Below, piece by piece: positions 47,356 through 56,947 of a stretch of 64,000 bases of DNA (position 1 is its first letter; each line of letters begins with the position of its first letter). The stretch covers positions 362,466 to 426,465 of the forward strand of contig CAVYJB010000002.1 in the NCBI GenBank assembly GCA_963768835.1. Reading direction: 5' to 3'. This DNA is from an uncultured bacterium. GTDB taxonomy: Bacteria; Patescibacteriota; Minisyncoccia; UBA6257; GWB1-50-10. The translations under genes were made by a program, and so were the position numbers. The notes beneath the pieces are model-generated. The model was not told the origin of the DNA. It did no database searches and saw nothing but the letters and a program-made list of their open reading frames with translations.

Positions 47356-49092
47356 ATGGCGACTTCTGCGACTAAAAAAATACTCTTGGGCCGTGGCGAC
47401 GATGTAGCGGCGGTCGTAGACCTCGTCATACGCTCCACCGCGGACCAGGTGGTGCTCGTAGTGCCAAAGGGCTCGGTTCTCGGAACCTCGATGCAGAACT
47501 TCAAGGTTCTCGCTCGGGAGGCGATTACCGCACGCAAGACCGTTTCCATTGAATCGTCCGACGAACATATCCGCGAGCTCGCAGGTCTCGCGGATCTTCC
47601 GACGACAAACCCTGTCCGTGTGACTGCGGAGCATGCGTTCTCGGATATTCTTCCCCGTGGAAAATCGACGCGGCTTGCTGTTCCTGCACCGGCCCTCGAA
47701 CCCAAGCCCGAGCCCGCAAGGCCCGTTTCGCCGCCCACACCTGTGGTAGTCTCACCGAAAGCCATTGACTTCTTCGCCGCATCCGCGCCGAAGCCCGAAC
47801 CGAAACCTCGCGTGTCGTTTTTCCGCCGGATCTTCCCGCGGAAAGAGCGGCGGAGCGTTTCTTCATCTGTGCCGCCGGAGCGCATCGCGCCCGCGGCGTC
47901 CAAGCAAGTGCCTTCTCCCGTGGTTTCCTCGCCGAGGAAGCGTCGGAGTCTCCTTCGGCGGGTGGGGACTTTTGGGATTGTTATCGTTGTCCTCGCGGTT
48001 CTGTGGTACGTCGGATTTGTCGTGCTCCCGCAAGCTGTTATCACGATTCAACTTAAGACCACCACCGTGGCCCTCGACCCCACTGTGATTATTTCAAGCG
48101 TGGCGACGGTTGCAGACACGAGTTCGACGCCTCCCGTCGTGCCCGGGGAACTTCTGGTCGCGAAGCGGAACCTCGATATGTCGTTCACGGCCAGCAGTTC
48201 GCAGAATGCGTCGGTCAAGGCCACGGGCCAGCTCATCGTTACGAATTCTTTCAGCGCAGCTCCGCAGATACTCGTTCAGGGCACGCGGTTCGTCTCTCCC
48301 GATGGGCATCTGTTCCGTTTGGATCAGCGGACGGTGATCGCGGGAGAAACCGTCATAAACGGCATCGCCACTTCTTCCCAAACCGTCGTTCAGGTGACGG
48401 CGGACCAGCCCGGAGATGCATGGGATATTGGCCCCTCCACGGGTTGGACGATACCGGGATTTCAGGGCACGCCCCGGTACGCCGCATTCACGGCAGAGTC
48501 TCCGGAGGCCATGATGGGAGGCTTTATCGGGCTCCAAGCGACACCCAGCGCCGCTGATCTCGCGGCGGCGAAGGCGACGGTTGAGGGCGCACTCCGCGAC
48601 TCGCTCCGCCTGCAGATGGGCGTGCTTCTGACCGATCGCTTCAAACTTCTGGATGGCGCTTCGGACTTCAGCGTCACGAACGAAGCCGTACAGCCCGACC
48701 CGAAGGATCCCTCGAAGTTCAGCGTTTTCGCGGATGGCCAGGCGCGCAGTTTCGTGTTCGATGAAAGTGTGCTGAAGGATGTTCTTGCCGCGCGGGCGGG
48801 GAGTTCGCTCGACCCCACGCTTCGTGTGCGATCCGTTGACATCACGTACGGCACGTCGACGCCGGACTTTGACGCGGGAACGTTCACGATCAGCATCACC
48901 GGGACGGCGGTCTTCCAGCCGCCCGTGGACCCGCAGGCCCTCACGCAGGAACTTCTCGGAAAAGACACCAACGCTTTCCGGGCCGCGATGCTCAATGTCC
49001 CGGGTCTCACCACCGCGCATATCGACCTCTCGCCCTTCTGGGTCCTTAATATTCCCCGGGATCCCGCCCGGGTCCACCTGACCATCCAATAG
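47356..49092 (+). CDS. bitopic membrane protein: cytoplasmic N-domain, Pro/Ser-rich linker, TM helix, large extracytoplasmic domain
   Basis: 578-aa ORF. Single TM (VGTFGIVIVVLAVLWYVGFVVL) after a Pro-rich region. Confidence 0.45.
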   Translation: MATSATKKILLGRGDDVAAVVDLVIRSTADQVVLVVPKGSVLGTSMQNFKVLAREAITARKTVSIESSDEHIRELAGLADLPTTNPVRVTAEHAFSDILPRGKSTRLAVPAPALEPKPEPARPVSPPTPVVVSPKAIDFFAASAPKPEPKPRVSFFRRIFPRKERRSVSSSVPPERIAPAASKQVPSPVVSSPRKRRSLLRRVGTFGIVIVVLAVLWYVGFVVLPQAVITIQLKTTTVALDPTVIISSVATVADTSSTPPVVPGELLVAKRNLDMSFTASSSQNASVKATGQLIVTNSFSAAPQILVQGTRFVSPDGHLFRLDQRTVIAGETVINGIATSSQTVVQVTADQPGDAWDIGPSTGWTIPGFQGTPRYAAFTAESPEAMMGGFIGLQATPSAADLAAAKATVEGALRDSLRLQMGVLLTDRFKLLDGASDFSVTNEAVQPDPKDPSKFSVFADGQARSFVFDESVLKDVLAARAGSSLDPTLRVRSVDITYGTSTPDFDAGTFTISITGTAVFQPPVDPQALTQELLGKDTNAFRAAMLNVPGLTTAHIDLSPFWVLNIPRDPARVHLTIQ

Positions 49093-49113
49093 GCCCGCCC
49101 TCCGTCGGCAGGC

Positions 49114-49142
49114 TTGACTTTAAAGCGCACTTTCCCTATGAT
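49114..49142 (+). promoter_or_regulatory. promoter TTGACT-N17-TATGAT upstream of infA and the ribosomal-protein block
   Basis: Direct match. Confidence 0.55.
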
Positions 49143-49182
49143 GCAGTGGCATTGGTGAGGTGGTGCGCAGCCCTGAACGTTA

Positions 49183-49398
49183 ATGTCTGACCAAGAAAAG
49201 CTGGTGCGGGTCGAGGGGGTGGTCGAAGAATCACTACCCGGACTCCTCTTCCGCGTGAAGGTGAACGGGACCACGGTCCTGGGGCACCTCGGGGGGAAAT
49301 TGAAACTGCACCGCATTCGCGTGATTCCCGGTGACCGGGTGGTACTGGAGATGACTCCGTACGACCAGGAGCGCGGGCGGATCGTGCGACGGCTCTAG
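49183..49398 (+). CDS. infA: translation initiation factor IF-1
   Basis: [70 protein letters not shown] is full-length IF-1. Promoter at 49114..49142. Confidence 0.9.
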   Translation: MSDQEKLVRVEGVVEESLPGLLFRVKVNGTTVLGHLGGKLKLHRIRVIPGDRVVLEMTPYDQERGRIVRRL

Positions 49399-49419
49399 GC
49401 GAGCCGCAAGGGGAGGGAA

Positions 49420-49455
49420 GCGCCCGGAGCGCACCCATGAGCTGCGCTTTTTTAT
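49420..49455 (+). terminator. intrinsic terminator between infA and rpmJ (possible attenuation point)
   Basis: gagcgca cccatgagc tgcgctt ttttat. Confidence 0.5.
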
Positions 49456-49480
49456 ACCGTTCACCAACCGCAACCATTTT

Positions 49481-49594
49481 ATGAAGGTACGTGCGTCCGT
49501 GAAAAAGATTTGTATGAAGTGTAAGACCGTCCGCCGAAAGGGACGGGTGTATGTCATTTGTGTGAACCCCAAGCACAAGCAGCGACAGGGCTAA
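49481..49594 (+). CDS. rpmJ: 50S ribosomal protein L36
   Basis: [37 protein letters not shown]. 37 aa, below the ORF-track cutoff. Confidence 0.8.
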   Translation: MKVRASVKKICMKCKTVRRKGRVYVICVNPKHKQRQG

Positions 49595-49603
49595 CCTACT
49601 CTC

Positions 49604-49987
49604 ATGCGTATCGCCGGCGTCAACATTCCCGATAATAAGCGCATTGATGTGTCTCTTGCGTACCTCTACGGCGTGGGCCGCCCCCTGGCGGTCCGCATTG
49701 TGGAAGCCGCGAAGGTGGATGGAGCGAGACGAGTGAAAGACCTCACGCCGGACGAGGTAAACCGCATCCAGTCCGCGATTGAGCGGAGCTACAAAGTGGA
49801 AGGTGAGCTGCGGCAGCTCGTGAAGCAGAACATCGCGCGCCTCAAGGACATTAAAGCGTATCGCGGCGTACGGCACCTGCGGCGGCTCCCCGTGCGAGGT
49901 CAGCGCACCAAAACGAACTCTCGCACCGTACGCGGGAACGTCCGGAAAACGGCCGGCAGCGGTAAGCGGAAGGTGGAGCTCAAGTAA
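49604..49987 (+). CDS. rpsM: 30S ribosomal protein S13
   Basis: MRIAGVNIPDNKRIDVSLAYLYGVGRPLA..AYRGVRH S13 signature. Confidence 0.92.
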   Translation: MRIAGVNIPDNKRIDVSLAYLYGVGRPLAVRIVEAAKVDGARRVKDLTPDEVNRIQSAIERSYKVEGELRQLVKQNIARLKDIKAYRGVRHLRRLPVRGQRTKTNSRTVRGNVRKTAGSGKRKVELK

Positions 49988-49995
49988 CCATCACC

Positions 49996-50448
49996 ATGGG
50001 CAAGAAGAAGGTCATCAAACCGAGTTCGGAAAAGCTCCTCAAGGAGTCGGAGCACGTAGAGGAGGCGGCCGGGAAGGTCCGGGAATCCGTTACCAAGCAC
50101 CGCGTAGAGCGCGGGCGCATCTACATCGCGGCTTCGTTCAACAACACGCTGGTGACCGTGACGGACGAGAAGGGGAACGTCATTACGTGGATGTCGGCGG
50201 GCTCCCTCGGATTCTCCGGCCCCAAGAAAGCTACCCCGTTTGCGGCGTCGAAGGTCGCGGAGGCCATCGCCGAGAAGGTGAAGAAGACGGGCCCCGTGAG
50301 CATCGATGTCTACTTGCGCGGCATCGGGAAGGGGCGGGACGCGGCGGTTCGATCCCTCGCCGCCAAGGGCTTCGACATTCTCTCGGTTCGCGACGTAACG
50401 CCGATTCCGCACAACGGGCCGCGACCCCGGAAGACCCGTCGCGTATAA
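49996..50448 (+). CDS. rpsK: 30S ribosomal protein S11
   Basis: GRIYIAASFNNTLVTVTDEKGNVITWMSAGSLGFSGPKKATPFAA S11 signature. Confidence 0.92.
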   Translation: MGKKKVIKPSSEKLLKESEHVEEAAGKVRESVTKHRVERGRIYIAASFNNTLVTVTDEKGNVITWMSAGSLGFSGPKKATPFAASKVAEAIAEKVKKTGPVSIDVYLRGIGKGRDAAVRSLAAKGFDILSVRDVTPIPHNGPRPRKTRRV

Positions 50449-50457
50449 TCCATTACC

Positions 50458-51057
50458 ATGCAACCTGTTAAGGAAAAAAAAGAACGGTCGCTCGGAGTGA
50501 AACTCCTCCTCAAGGCGGATCGCTGCAACTCGCCGAAATGCGTGATGGTCCGCCATCCGTACCGGCCCGGCCAGCACGGCCAGCGTCGCCGCACCGTGAC
50601 CGACTACGGGCGGCAGCTTCAGGAGAAGCAGAAAATCCAGTTTTTCTACGGGCTCACGAACCGTCAGATGCGCGAGCTCTTCCGGGGGACGAGTCCCGAG
50701 GTGATTGCGCGGACGCTGCAGCACCGATTGGATCAGGTGGTGTTCGCGATGGGTTTCGCCGGTTCTCCCCGCATCGCGCACCAGTTGGTTTCGCATGGCC
50801 ATATTCATGTCAACGGTCGAAAAGTGACAGTCAGCTCCTATCGTGTTAGGATAGGGGATACCGTCGCGGTGCGTCCGGAGTCTCGAGACCTCAAGGTGTT
50901 CGAGGGAGTCCGGGAGCGCTTGAAAGAGTATACGCCGCCTGCCTGGCTTACGGTGGACACGGCGACCCTTGAGGGTCGCTGCACCGGCGGGGCGGAGGAT
51001 CTCGTAACCCCTTTCCAAGCGAATCTGAACTTGGTCGTTCAGTTCTACGCCCGCTAA
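50458..51057 (+). CDS. rpsD: 30S ribosomal protein S4
   Basis: S4 N-terminal domain (..QHGQRRR..DYGRQLQEKQK) with CNSPKC. S4 RNA-binding domain (GFAGSPRIAHQLVSHGHIHVNGRKV). Confidence 0.9.
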   Translation: MQPVKEKKERSLGVKLLLKADRCNSPKCVMVRHPYRPGQHGQRRRTVTDYGRQLQEKQKIQFFYGLTNRQMRELFRGTSPEVIARTLQHRLDQVVFAMGFAGSPRIAHQLVSHGHIHVNGRKVTVSSYRVRIGDTVAVRPESRDLKVFEGVRERLKEYTPPAWLTVDTATLEGRCTGGAEDLVTPFQANLNLVVQFYAR

Positions 51058-51075
51058 TTATTTTTTCTACGTACC

Positions 51076-51825
51076 ATGTACCGCTATTTAAGTGACGCAC
51101 TAGACGTGAAGAAGGTGTCGGAGACCGGCACCCTCGGCGTCTTCCACATCGAAGGTCTCTACGCAGGGTACGGCACAACGATCGGGAACGCCCTTCGGCG
51201 CGCTCTCTTTTCGTCCCTGCCCGGTGCCGCCATCACGCAGATCAAGGTCAAGGGGGTGGACCACGAATTCTCGACGCTTGCCGGCATGACCGAGGACATC
51301 GTGGAGTTCACATTGAACCTGAAGAAGGTTCGCTTCCATTTCTTCGCCGAGGAGCCGCAGGTCCTCACCCTTCATGTAAAAGGGGAAAAGGAGGTAACCG
51401 CCGGCGATATAGATTCCACGGCGATGGTCCAGGTCATGAATTCCGATCTCCATCTCGCGACCCTCACCAAGAAAGGCGCGGACCTCGACATGGAAATCAC
51501 GGTGGAAAAAGGTCTGGGGTATGTCCCGACGGAGGGGCGGCGCCTCGAGCGCCTGCCCGTGGGGAGCATTGTCCTAGATGCGATTTTCTCGCCGGTCCAG
51601 CGGGTCTCGTTCACGGTTGAGAACATGCGTGTCGGCGATCGGACGGATTTCAACCGCGTTATCCTGGAAATTGAGACGGACGGCTCCATGAGCCCCTCTG
51701 AGGCGCTTCATAAATCCGCGAACATCCTGAAGGACCACTTCGAGAAAGTATCGTCCGTCGAAGTCGCCAAGGTTGAAATTAAGTCCGCGAAGCCGGCGGT
51801 GAAGAAGAAGGGTAAGAAGGAGTAA
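51076..51825 (+). CDS. rpoA: DNA-directed RNA polymerase alpha subunit, N-terminal (dimerisation/assembly) domain only
   Basis: Alpha-NTD sequence (GYGTTIGNALRRALFSSLPGAAIT..EFSTLAGMTEDIVEFTLNLKKV). The ORF ends at 249 aa, 8 nt before rplQ. No alpha-CTD is encoded. Confidence 0.85.
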   Translation: MYRYLSDALDVKKVSETGTLGVFHIEGLYAGYGTTIGNALRRALFSSLPGAAITQIKVKGVDHEFSTLAGMTEDIVEFTLNLKKVRFHFFAEEPQVLTLHVKGEKEVTAGDIDSTAMVQVMNSDLHLATLTKKGADLDMEITVEKGLGYVPTEGRRLERLPVGSIVLDAIFSPVQRVSFTVENMRVGDRTDFNRVILEIETDGSMSPSEALHKSANILKDHFEKVSSVEVAKVEIKSAKPAVKKKGKKE

Positions 51826-51833
51826 CCGTTCAT

Positions 51834-52184
51834 ATGCGCCACGGTGTGAAAGGAAAAAAGTTCGGGCGGGAGCGCGGTCCGCGGAGGGCGTTCATGAAGA
51901 CGCTTGCGGGGAACCTCATCCAGCGGGAGCACATTCTCACCACCGAGGCGCGCGCCAAAGCGCTCCGTCCCTTCGTGGAGCGGCTTATCACGCACGGCAA
52001 GCGCCAGAACGTGGCGTCCCTCCGTCTCCTGTTGCAGCGCCTGCCGAAGCAGGCGGCGAACAAGCTTTACTACGATATCGCACCGCGTTACCAGGATCGG
52101 AAGGGAGGCTACACTCGCATCCGGAAGCAGACAAAGCCCCGTGCGCACGATGCGTCGCATATGGCCACTATAGAATTTGTTTAG
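51834..52184 (+). CDS. rplQ: 50S ribosomal protein L17
   Basis: MRHGVKGKKFGRERGPRRA..TTEARAKALRPFVERLIT L17 signature. Confidence 0.9.
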   Translation: MRHGVKGKKFGRERGPRRAFMKTLAGNLIQREHILTTEARAKALRPFVERLITHGKRQNVASLRLLLQRLPKQAANKLYYDIAPRYQDRKGGYTRIRKQTKPRAHDASHMATIEFV

Positions 52185-52188
52185 GAAC

Positions 52189-52530
52189 ATGGACTACACC
52201 ATCGACGCTACCAAGAAACCGCTCGGCCGCCTTGCCTCAGAGATATCCGTTATTCTCCAGGGGAAGAAACATCCGCAGTACGATCCCAAGGATGTGGGGA
52301 CGGACCGCGTGATTGTGAAGAATATCGCGGGGGTGGCCCTTACCGGCAAGAAACGCACGCAGAAAATTTACTACCGGCACGCGGGCGCCTTGGGGCATCT
52401 CAAGGAACGGAAGTATCGAGATGTCGCCGCGAAGGACCCGACATGGGCCCTTCGGAATGCCGTGCGGCTCATGCTCCCGAAGAACAAACTGAACGCGAAG
52501 CGCCTCCGCCGAATTATTTTTGAACACTAG
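52189..52530 (+). CDS. rplM: 50S ribosomal protein L13
   Basis: DATKKPLGRLASEISVILQGKKHPQYDP..DRVIVKNIAGVALTGKK..YYRHAG. An alternative TTG start at 52177 overlaps rplQ. Confidence 0.88.
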   Translation: MDYTIDATKKPLGRLASEISVILQGKKHPQYDPKDVGTDRVIVKNIAGVALTGKKRTQKIYYRHAGALGHLKERKYRDVAAKDPTWALRNAVRLMLPKNKLNAKRLRRIIFEH

Positions 52531-52531
52531 C

Positions 52532-52999
52532 ATGGCTCCCACACCTGTCCACAAACCAGTGAAGCCGGTCCACGCGGTGAAGCATGAGAAACCGGAACCT
52601 GTGAAGAAAGAGCGGTACACCGAAGCTATCGGCCGCCGGAAAACCGCCATCGCACGCGTCCGGCTCTATCCCGCGGGCAACGAGAACTCTATCGTAGTGA
52701 ACGACCGTCCGCTGGGAGTATATTTTCCGCTGAAGAAGCATCAGGATGTGGTTCGGGCGCCGTTCCACGCGCTTTCCGTAGAGCACTACAAGGTAACAGT
52801 TCTGGCGACGGGGGGCGGAACATCCGCGCAGGCGGAGGCGGTGCGCCTCGGCATCGCGCGTGTGCTTGTCGCGGGAACGCCCGCCGTGCGGCCGCAACTC
52901 AAGGCTCTTGGATATATGAAGCGCGATCCGCGTATGGTGGAGCGGAAAAAGCCTGGACTCCGCAAAGCACGAAGACCGCAGCAGTGGAGGAAACGGTAA
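52532..52999 (+). CDS. rpsI: 30S ribosomal protein S9
   Basis: GRRKTAIARVRLYPAGN..VTVLATGGGTSAQAEAVRLGIARVL..KRDPRMVERKKPGLRKARRPQQWRKR S9 signature. Confidence 0.88.
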   Translation: MAPTPVHKPVKPVHAVKHEKPEPVKKERYTEAIGRRKTAIARVRLYPAGNENSIVVNDRPLGVYFPLKKHQDVVRAPFHALSVEHYKVTVLATGGGTSAQAEAVRLGIARVLVAGTPAVRPQLKALGYMKRDPRMVERKKPGLRKARRPQQWRKR

Positions 53000-53002
53000 A
53001 TC

Positions 53003-53032
53003 AAAAAGCGCCTTTCGGCGCTACTTGATTTA
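53003..53032. terminator. bidirectional hairpin terminator between rpsI (+) and 53051..54487 (-)
   Basis: aaaaagcgcc tttc ggcgct. T-run on the minus-strand side, weaker U-tract on the plus side. Confidence 0.5.
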
Positions 53033-53050
53033 TCTGCCATGCCTCACCTC

Positions 53051-54487
53051 TTATTCTGTGAGATCCACGCGCGTGAGAGCGCCTGAAGAATTCAAAAGGT
53101 AGAGGTCGCTTCCTGCGAGAGCATGAGAAGTGACGTCGGGGAAAAGAACGTATGCGTTCTCAGGCGCTCGAGGATCTACTTCTGTGACCGTGACTCGGTT
53201 ATTCCCTGCGAGCAAAAGATAGTTTGGGAAAGCGGAAGGCCACTCAAGGCTTTCCATTGCCCCGAGACCGGATACAGAGAAACGATACAGCGTGCCTTGG
53301 GGTAGCCGCGTATCTCCTTCGTAATCCGCGAGGACGTAGACGCCGATGTAATCATCATTCGTCAGGTACGCCAGCCGTTTTCCTTCGGGAGAAAAGGCGA
53401 CAGCCTGTATGCCGGACGCCAGTGGCGTAAGGGTTAGAGAGGAGGTGTCGTAGATCTGGAGCATACCGTGGCTGTCCTGAAAAACCAGGTAATTGCTGTC
53501 TGGAGATGCCCAGAGTTCGGTAACCGAGGTTGTGGAGGCGAGAGGGAAAGAAGAGGTCGCAGCCGTTCCTAAAACCAGGTTCAGCGTCAGGAGCTCATTA
53601 CGGTCTGTGACGAGGAAGGCCTTCGTGTTGCTCTCCGCCATGGCTACAAAGCGAGGGGTGACCACGGTCCCGCCCCGCCCCGTCGTCGTGGCGAGCGTCG
53701 CGAGTTCCTGAAGAGCCACGCGGCGGTAGTCCAGGGCGTAGAGAGAGCTTGTGGCTTGGAGAAGCACCTTCTGGAGGCTAAAGGGGTGGAAGGCGAGGTT
53801 TTCCGGCCCTGCGGTTGCCCGAAGGCCAAAGGTACGGCTCCGAAGGGAGTTAAAAAGCCCTTGCAGGTTTACGGCGACTGTTGGGTTCGTGAGATCAATA
53901 AGGAACTCCGTGGTACCTTCCGCCACAACGATGGCATCCGCGTCGGTTCGGGAGAGCACCACGCGGTCACCCCGGAGCGCCTGGGATCCAAGCTGCAAGT
54001 GACCATCCGCATCTTTCAAGACCACCCCCTGGTTTGTGACCCAGAACGCATCCGTGCTAGTTGCAAGAGTGTCCACGGTGAACATCGCAGGCCATAATTT
54101 AATTTCCTGTGCAGCGCTTACGGCGCCTGGGTGCACATCAAGATCCTTCACCCATCCGCGGTAGCCGTCGTGCGTGACGGTCACGTGGTAGCGCCGGGGC
54201 AGGAGATTCTGAAGGAAGACGTCACCCGAGGGAAAGAGCCCGCTGGCATTGTCGACGATATGGCCGTCCAGCGAAACCGTGCTTCCCGCGGGTTCGAAAC
54301 GAAGCGCAATGCCGCCGGTTTGGACAACCCGGAAGTTTGTGAGATCAAAATCCCAGCCGATCGTACGGAGCACGAGGTAGCCGCCGATGAGGAGGAAGGC
54401 TCCCACAGCGACTGCAAAGATGCGGCGATGTCGGCGTTTTTCGTTCATATTAGCCCTGGTCCCATTCTCTCCGAACGGCGGTTTCAC
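53051..54487 (-). CDS. membrane-anchored hypothetical protein, beta-propeller (TolB/PD40-like) character
   Basis: N-terminal TM helix. Repeated beta-strand-rich segments (LAYLTNDD, LVFQDSHGMLQIYD). Only long minus-strand gene in the core block. Confidence 0.45.
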   Translation of the reverse strand: MKPPFGENGTRANMNEKRRHRRIFAVAVGAFLLIGGYLVLRTIGWDFDLTNFRVVQTGGIALRFEPAGSTVSLDGHIVDNASGLFPSGDVFLQNLLPRRYHVTVTHDGYRGWVKDLDVHPGAVSAAQEIKLWPAMFTVDTLATSTDAFWVTNQGVVLKDADGHLQLGSQALRGDRVVLSRTDADAIVVAEGTTEFLIDLTNPTVAVNLQGLFNSLRSRTFGLRATAGPENLAFHPFSLQKVLLQATSSLYALDYRRVALQELATLATTTGRGGTVVTPRFVAMAESNTKAFLVTDRNELLTLNLVLGTAATSSFPLASTTSVTELWASPDSNYLVFQDSHGMLQIYDTSSLTLTPLASGIQAVAFSPEGKRLAYLTNDDYIGVYVLADYEGDTRLPQGTLYRFSVSGLGAMESLEWPSAFPNYLLLAGNNRVTVTEVDPRAPENAYVLFPDVTSHALAGSDLYLLNSSGALTRVDLTE

Positions 54488-54563
54488 CGCAAGCTTCCCC
54501 GCAAACGAGTACTTTCTTGAACTTCCAAGCTAAAGATAGTAGAGTGAACGGGATTCCAAAACC

Positions 54564-55574
54564 ATGTTCACGCGCAAGATCGGTATCGACCTTGGGACTA
54601 CTAATACTCTCGTCTTTCTTCCAGACCGCGGTATCGTCATCAACGAGCCAACCGTGGTGGCACTCCGGCGCCCCGACAACACCGTGCTTGCCGTGGGAGC
54701 GGAGGCGAAGGAGATGGTCGGCCGCACACCAGACGATATCGTGACCTACCGTCCTCTTAAGGACGGCGTTATCGCGGAGTACTACGTGACGCAGGCGATG
54801 CTCAAATATTTTATTAGCAAGAGCATTGGCGCGTTTAACATCTTTCGTCCGGAGGTGGTCATCTCGGTGCCCGCGGGCATCACTTCCACAGAACACCGCG
54901 CCGTGATGAACGCTTCTAAGGAAGCGGGCGCGCGGGAGGTCTATCTTGTGAAGGAGCCGCTTCTCGCGTCCCTCGGGGCTGGCATTCCCATCCACTCGGC
55001 AGAGGGCAATATGATTGTAAATATAGGAGGCGGTACCACCGAGGTGGCTGTGATATCCCTTGGCGGCATCGTCACGTGGGCGAGCCTGCGCGTGGCCGGA
55101 AACCGTTTCGACCAGGCTATCAGCGACTATATCCGTAAGAAATACGGCCTCGCAATCGGTGAAAACACCGCGGAAAACGTGAAGATTTCGATCGGAACCG
55201 CCATTTCGAACCGCGCGAAAATGGAGATGAAGATACGGGGGAGGGACCTGCCCTCGGGGCTTCCGAAAGACCTCGTCGTGAACTCGAACGAGATTGCCGA
55301 GGCTATTAACCCGCACCTCGTGGAGATCATGAATGCGATCCAGTCCGTTTTTAATGTCACGCCGCCGGAACTCGCCGCCGATATCATGGAAAAGGGCATC
55401 ATCCTTTCGGGAGGGTCGGCGCAGCTTCGCGACATTGAGGAGTTTATCAAGCGCGCGCTCGGCGTCACTGCTTATACCGCGGAGGAACCCATTCTTTGTG
55501 TGGCGAAGGGTACGGCAACCATCCTGAACCATCTCGACGTGTATAAGCGGACGTTATTGAACAAACGTTCTTAG
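54564..55574 (+). CDS. MreB/Mbl-family actin-like protein (paralog of the operon-linked mreB)
   Basis: KIGIDLGTTNTLVF..INEPTVVA phosphate-1 motif. Second copy lies at 59294. Confidence 0.85.
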   Translation: MFTRKIGIDLGTTNTLVFLPDRGIVINEPTVVALRRPDNTVLAVGAEAKEMVGRTPDDIVTYRPLKDGVIAEYYVTQAMLKYFISKSIGAFNIFRPEVVISVPAGITSTEHRAVMNASKEAGAREVYLVKEPLLASLGAGIPIHSAEGNMIVNIGGGTTEVAVISLGGIVTWASLRVAGNRFDQAISDYIRKKYGLAIGENTAENVKISIGTAISNRAKMEMKIRGRDLPSGLPKDLVVNSNEIAEAINPHLVEIMNAIQSVFNVTPPELAADIMEKGIILSGGSAQLRDIEEFIKRALGVTAYTAEEPILCVAKGTATILNHLDVYKRTLLNKRS

Positions 55575-55585
55575 GTATCAACGGC

Positions 55586-56380
55586 ATGCTTTTCGGCCAC
55601 GATGACAGGATACGGGCGCTCCGGAGTCTCGCTGACCGCGGGGCGCTCTCCCACGCGTACCTTTTCTATGGGGACCGCGGCATCGGGAAAGCCACCGTTG
55701 CCTCCGAGCTCGCGGCCTACATCGAGCGGGGGGACGGAATCACTCCAGACCCACTTCTGGATCTTGAGATCGTGCGACCCGATGCAAAAGGAACAATTGG
55801 CGTCGAGCGGGCGCGCGCCGTACGTCGATTTCTCATGCAGACCCCGTTTCGTTCCCCGCGACGCGTGGTAATTGTAGATGACGCAGAGGCTCTGACGGGG
55901 GAAGCCCAGAGCGCGCTTCTTAAGGTGGTTGAGGAGCCGCCGTCCCACGCGCTTCTTTTCTTTATCGCGCACGAGCCCTCCGCACTTTTTCCGCCGCTTC
56001 TTTCCCGACTTCAGAAAATCTATTTCCGCCGTTTCTCCCGCGCGACCGTCGCGGAGATTCTCCGCGATCATTTCCATGTTCCACCCGCTAAGGCAACAGC
56101 TGCCGCGGAAACATCCTTTGGTTCCCTCGGGCGTGCGCTCGCACTTCTCGGTCTTGCACCGAAGGCGCCCGTGGACCCGGACGCCCCTGAGGATAAATCT
56201 GCAGCGCTCCAGGCCGATATCGAGAACCAAATCCTGTTGCTGCGCCGCCACGGGCTCAGCCGGAACCGGAAACTCATCGCATGGCTGCTGGAGCGGAGCG
56301 CCATGCTCGCTCGGTATCAGCTGAACGTCGGTCTCCAGGCCAAGGCCGTAGCGTACCACATAGAACAGCTCGGAAATTAA
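55586..56380 (+). CDS. holB: DNA polymerase III delta-prime subunit-like clamp-loader protein
   Basis: AAA+ fold with a degenerate P-loop (YLFYGDRGIGKATVA) and sensor motifs (VVIVDDAEALTGEAQSALLKVVEEPP). Confidence 0.55.
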   Translation: MLFGHDDRIRALRSLADRGALSHAYLFYGDRGIGKATVASELAAYIERGDGITPDPLLDLEIVRPDAKGTIGVERARAVRRFLMQTPFRSPRRVVIVDDAEALTGEAQSALLKVVEEPPSHALLFFIAHEPSALFPPLLSRLQKIYFRRFSRATVAEILRDHFHVPPAKATAAAETSFGSLGRALALLGLAPKAPVDPDAPEDKSAALQADIENQILLLRRHGLSRNRKLIAWLLERSAMLARYQLNVGLQAKAVAYHIEQLGN

Positions 56381-56395
56381 CCCTAAATCCCTCGT

Positions 56396-56947
56396 ATGGA
56401 ACCCATTCTTCAGGAATTTCAAATGAAGACGCAGGCACTTACGGAAAAGCTTCGGGAAGACGCTTCGGGTGTGCGGACAAGCCGCCCCTCCGCGGCCCTT
56501 GTGGAGAACCTCCGTGCGTCTTATTACGACCAGTCAACACCCTTGAAACAGTTGGGGTCTATCAGCGTCATCCCGCCGCGCGAAATCGTTATCCAGGTTT
56601 GGGATAAAGGCGCCGTTCCGGCAGTCGTGAAAGCCGTCGAGGGCGCCGGCATCGGGCTCACCGCGAACACGGAAGGGACCACAATCCGTCTCTTTCTTCC
56701 TGAGCTTTCTCATGAGCGGCGGGAAGAGCTCGTAAAATATGTGCGAAAAATGACTGAGGAGCATCGCATCCAGCTCCGCCACCTTCGAGACGAAGTGAAC
56801 AAGCAGATTCAGCGACAATTGGACGCGGGCGAAGTGAACGAGGATCAGCGGTTTCGGCTGAAGGAGGAGGTGCAGAAGCGGACCGATGCGACGAACGCCG
56901 ACATCGACCGTATCCTTGAGGCAAAAGTGAAGGAAGTCCTCGAATGA
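56396..56947 (+). CDS. frr: ribosome recycling factor
   Basis: RRF signature LTEEHRIQLRHLRDEVNKQIQ and LSHERREELVKYVRKM. Confidence 0.88.
   Translation: MEPILQEFQMKTQALTEKLREDASGVRTSRPSAALVENLRASYYDQSTPLKQLGSISVIPPREIVIQVWDKGAVPAVVKAVEGAGIGLTANTEGTTIRLFLPELSHERREELVKYVRKMTEEHRIQLRHLRDEVNKQIQRQLDAGEVNEDQRFRLKEEVQKRTDATNADIDRILEAKVKEVLE

Noticed and set aside
46114-49092. Possible PilM-like (actin-fold) plus PilN/O-like (bitopic) pair downstream of the second Cys-rich gene
   Set aside because: I cannot point to the actin-fold phosphate or adenosine motifs or to a PilN signature. The idea rests only on size and topology, so the genes are left as hypothetical.
55586-56380. Alternative call of 55586..56380 as a generic AAA+ ATPase rather than holB
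   Set aside because: The degenerate P-loop (GDRGIGKA) and its size and position next to core replication/translation genes favour a delta-prime-like clamp-loader subunit. Confidence is only moderate, and this is noted in the feature.
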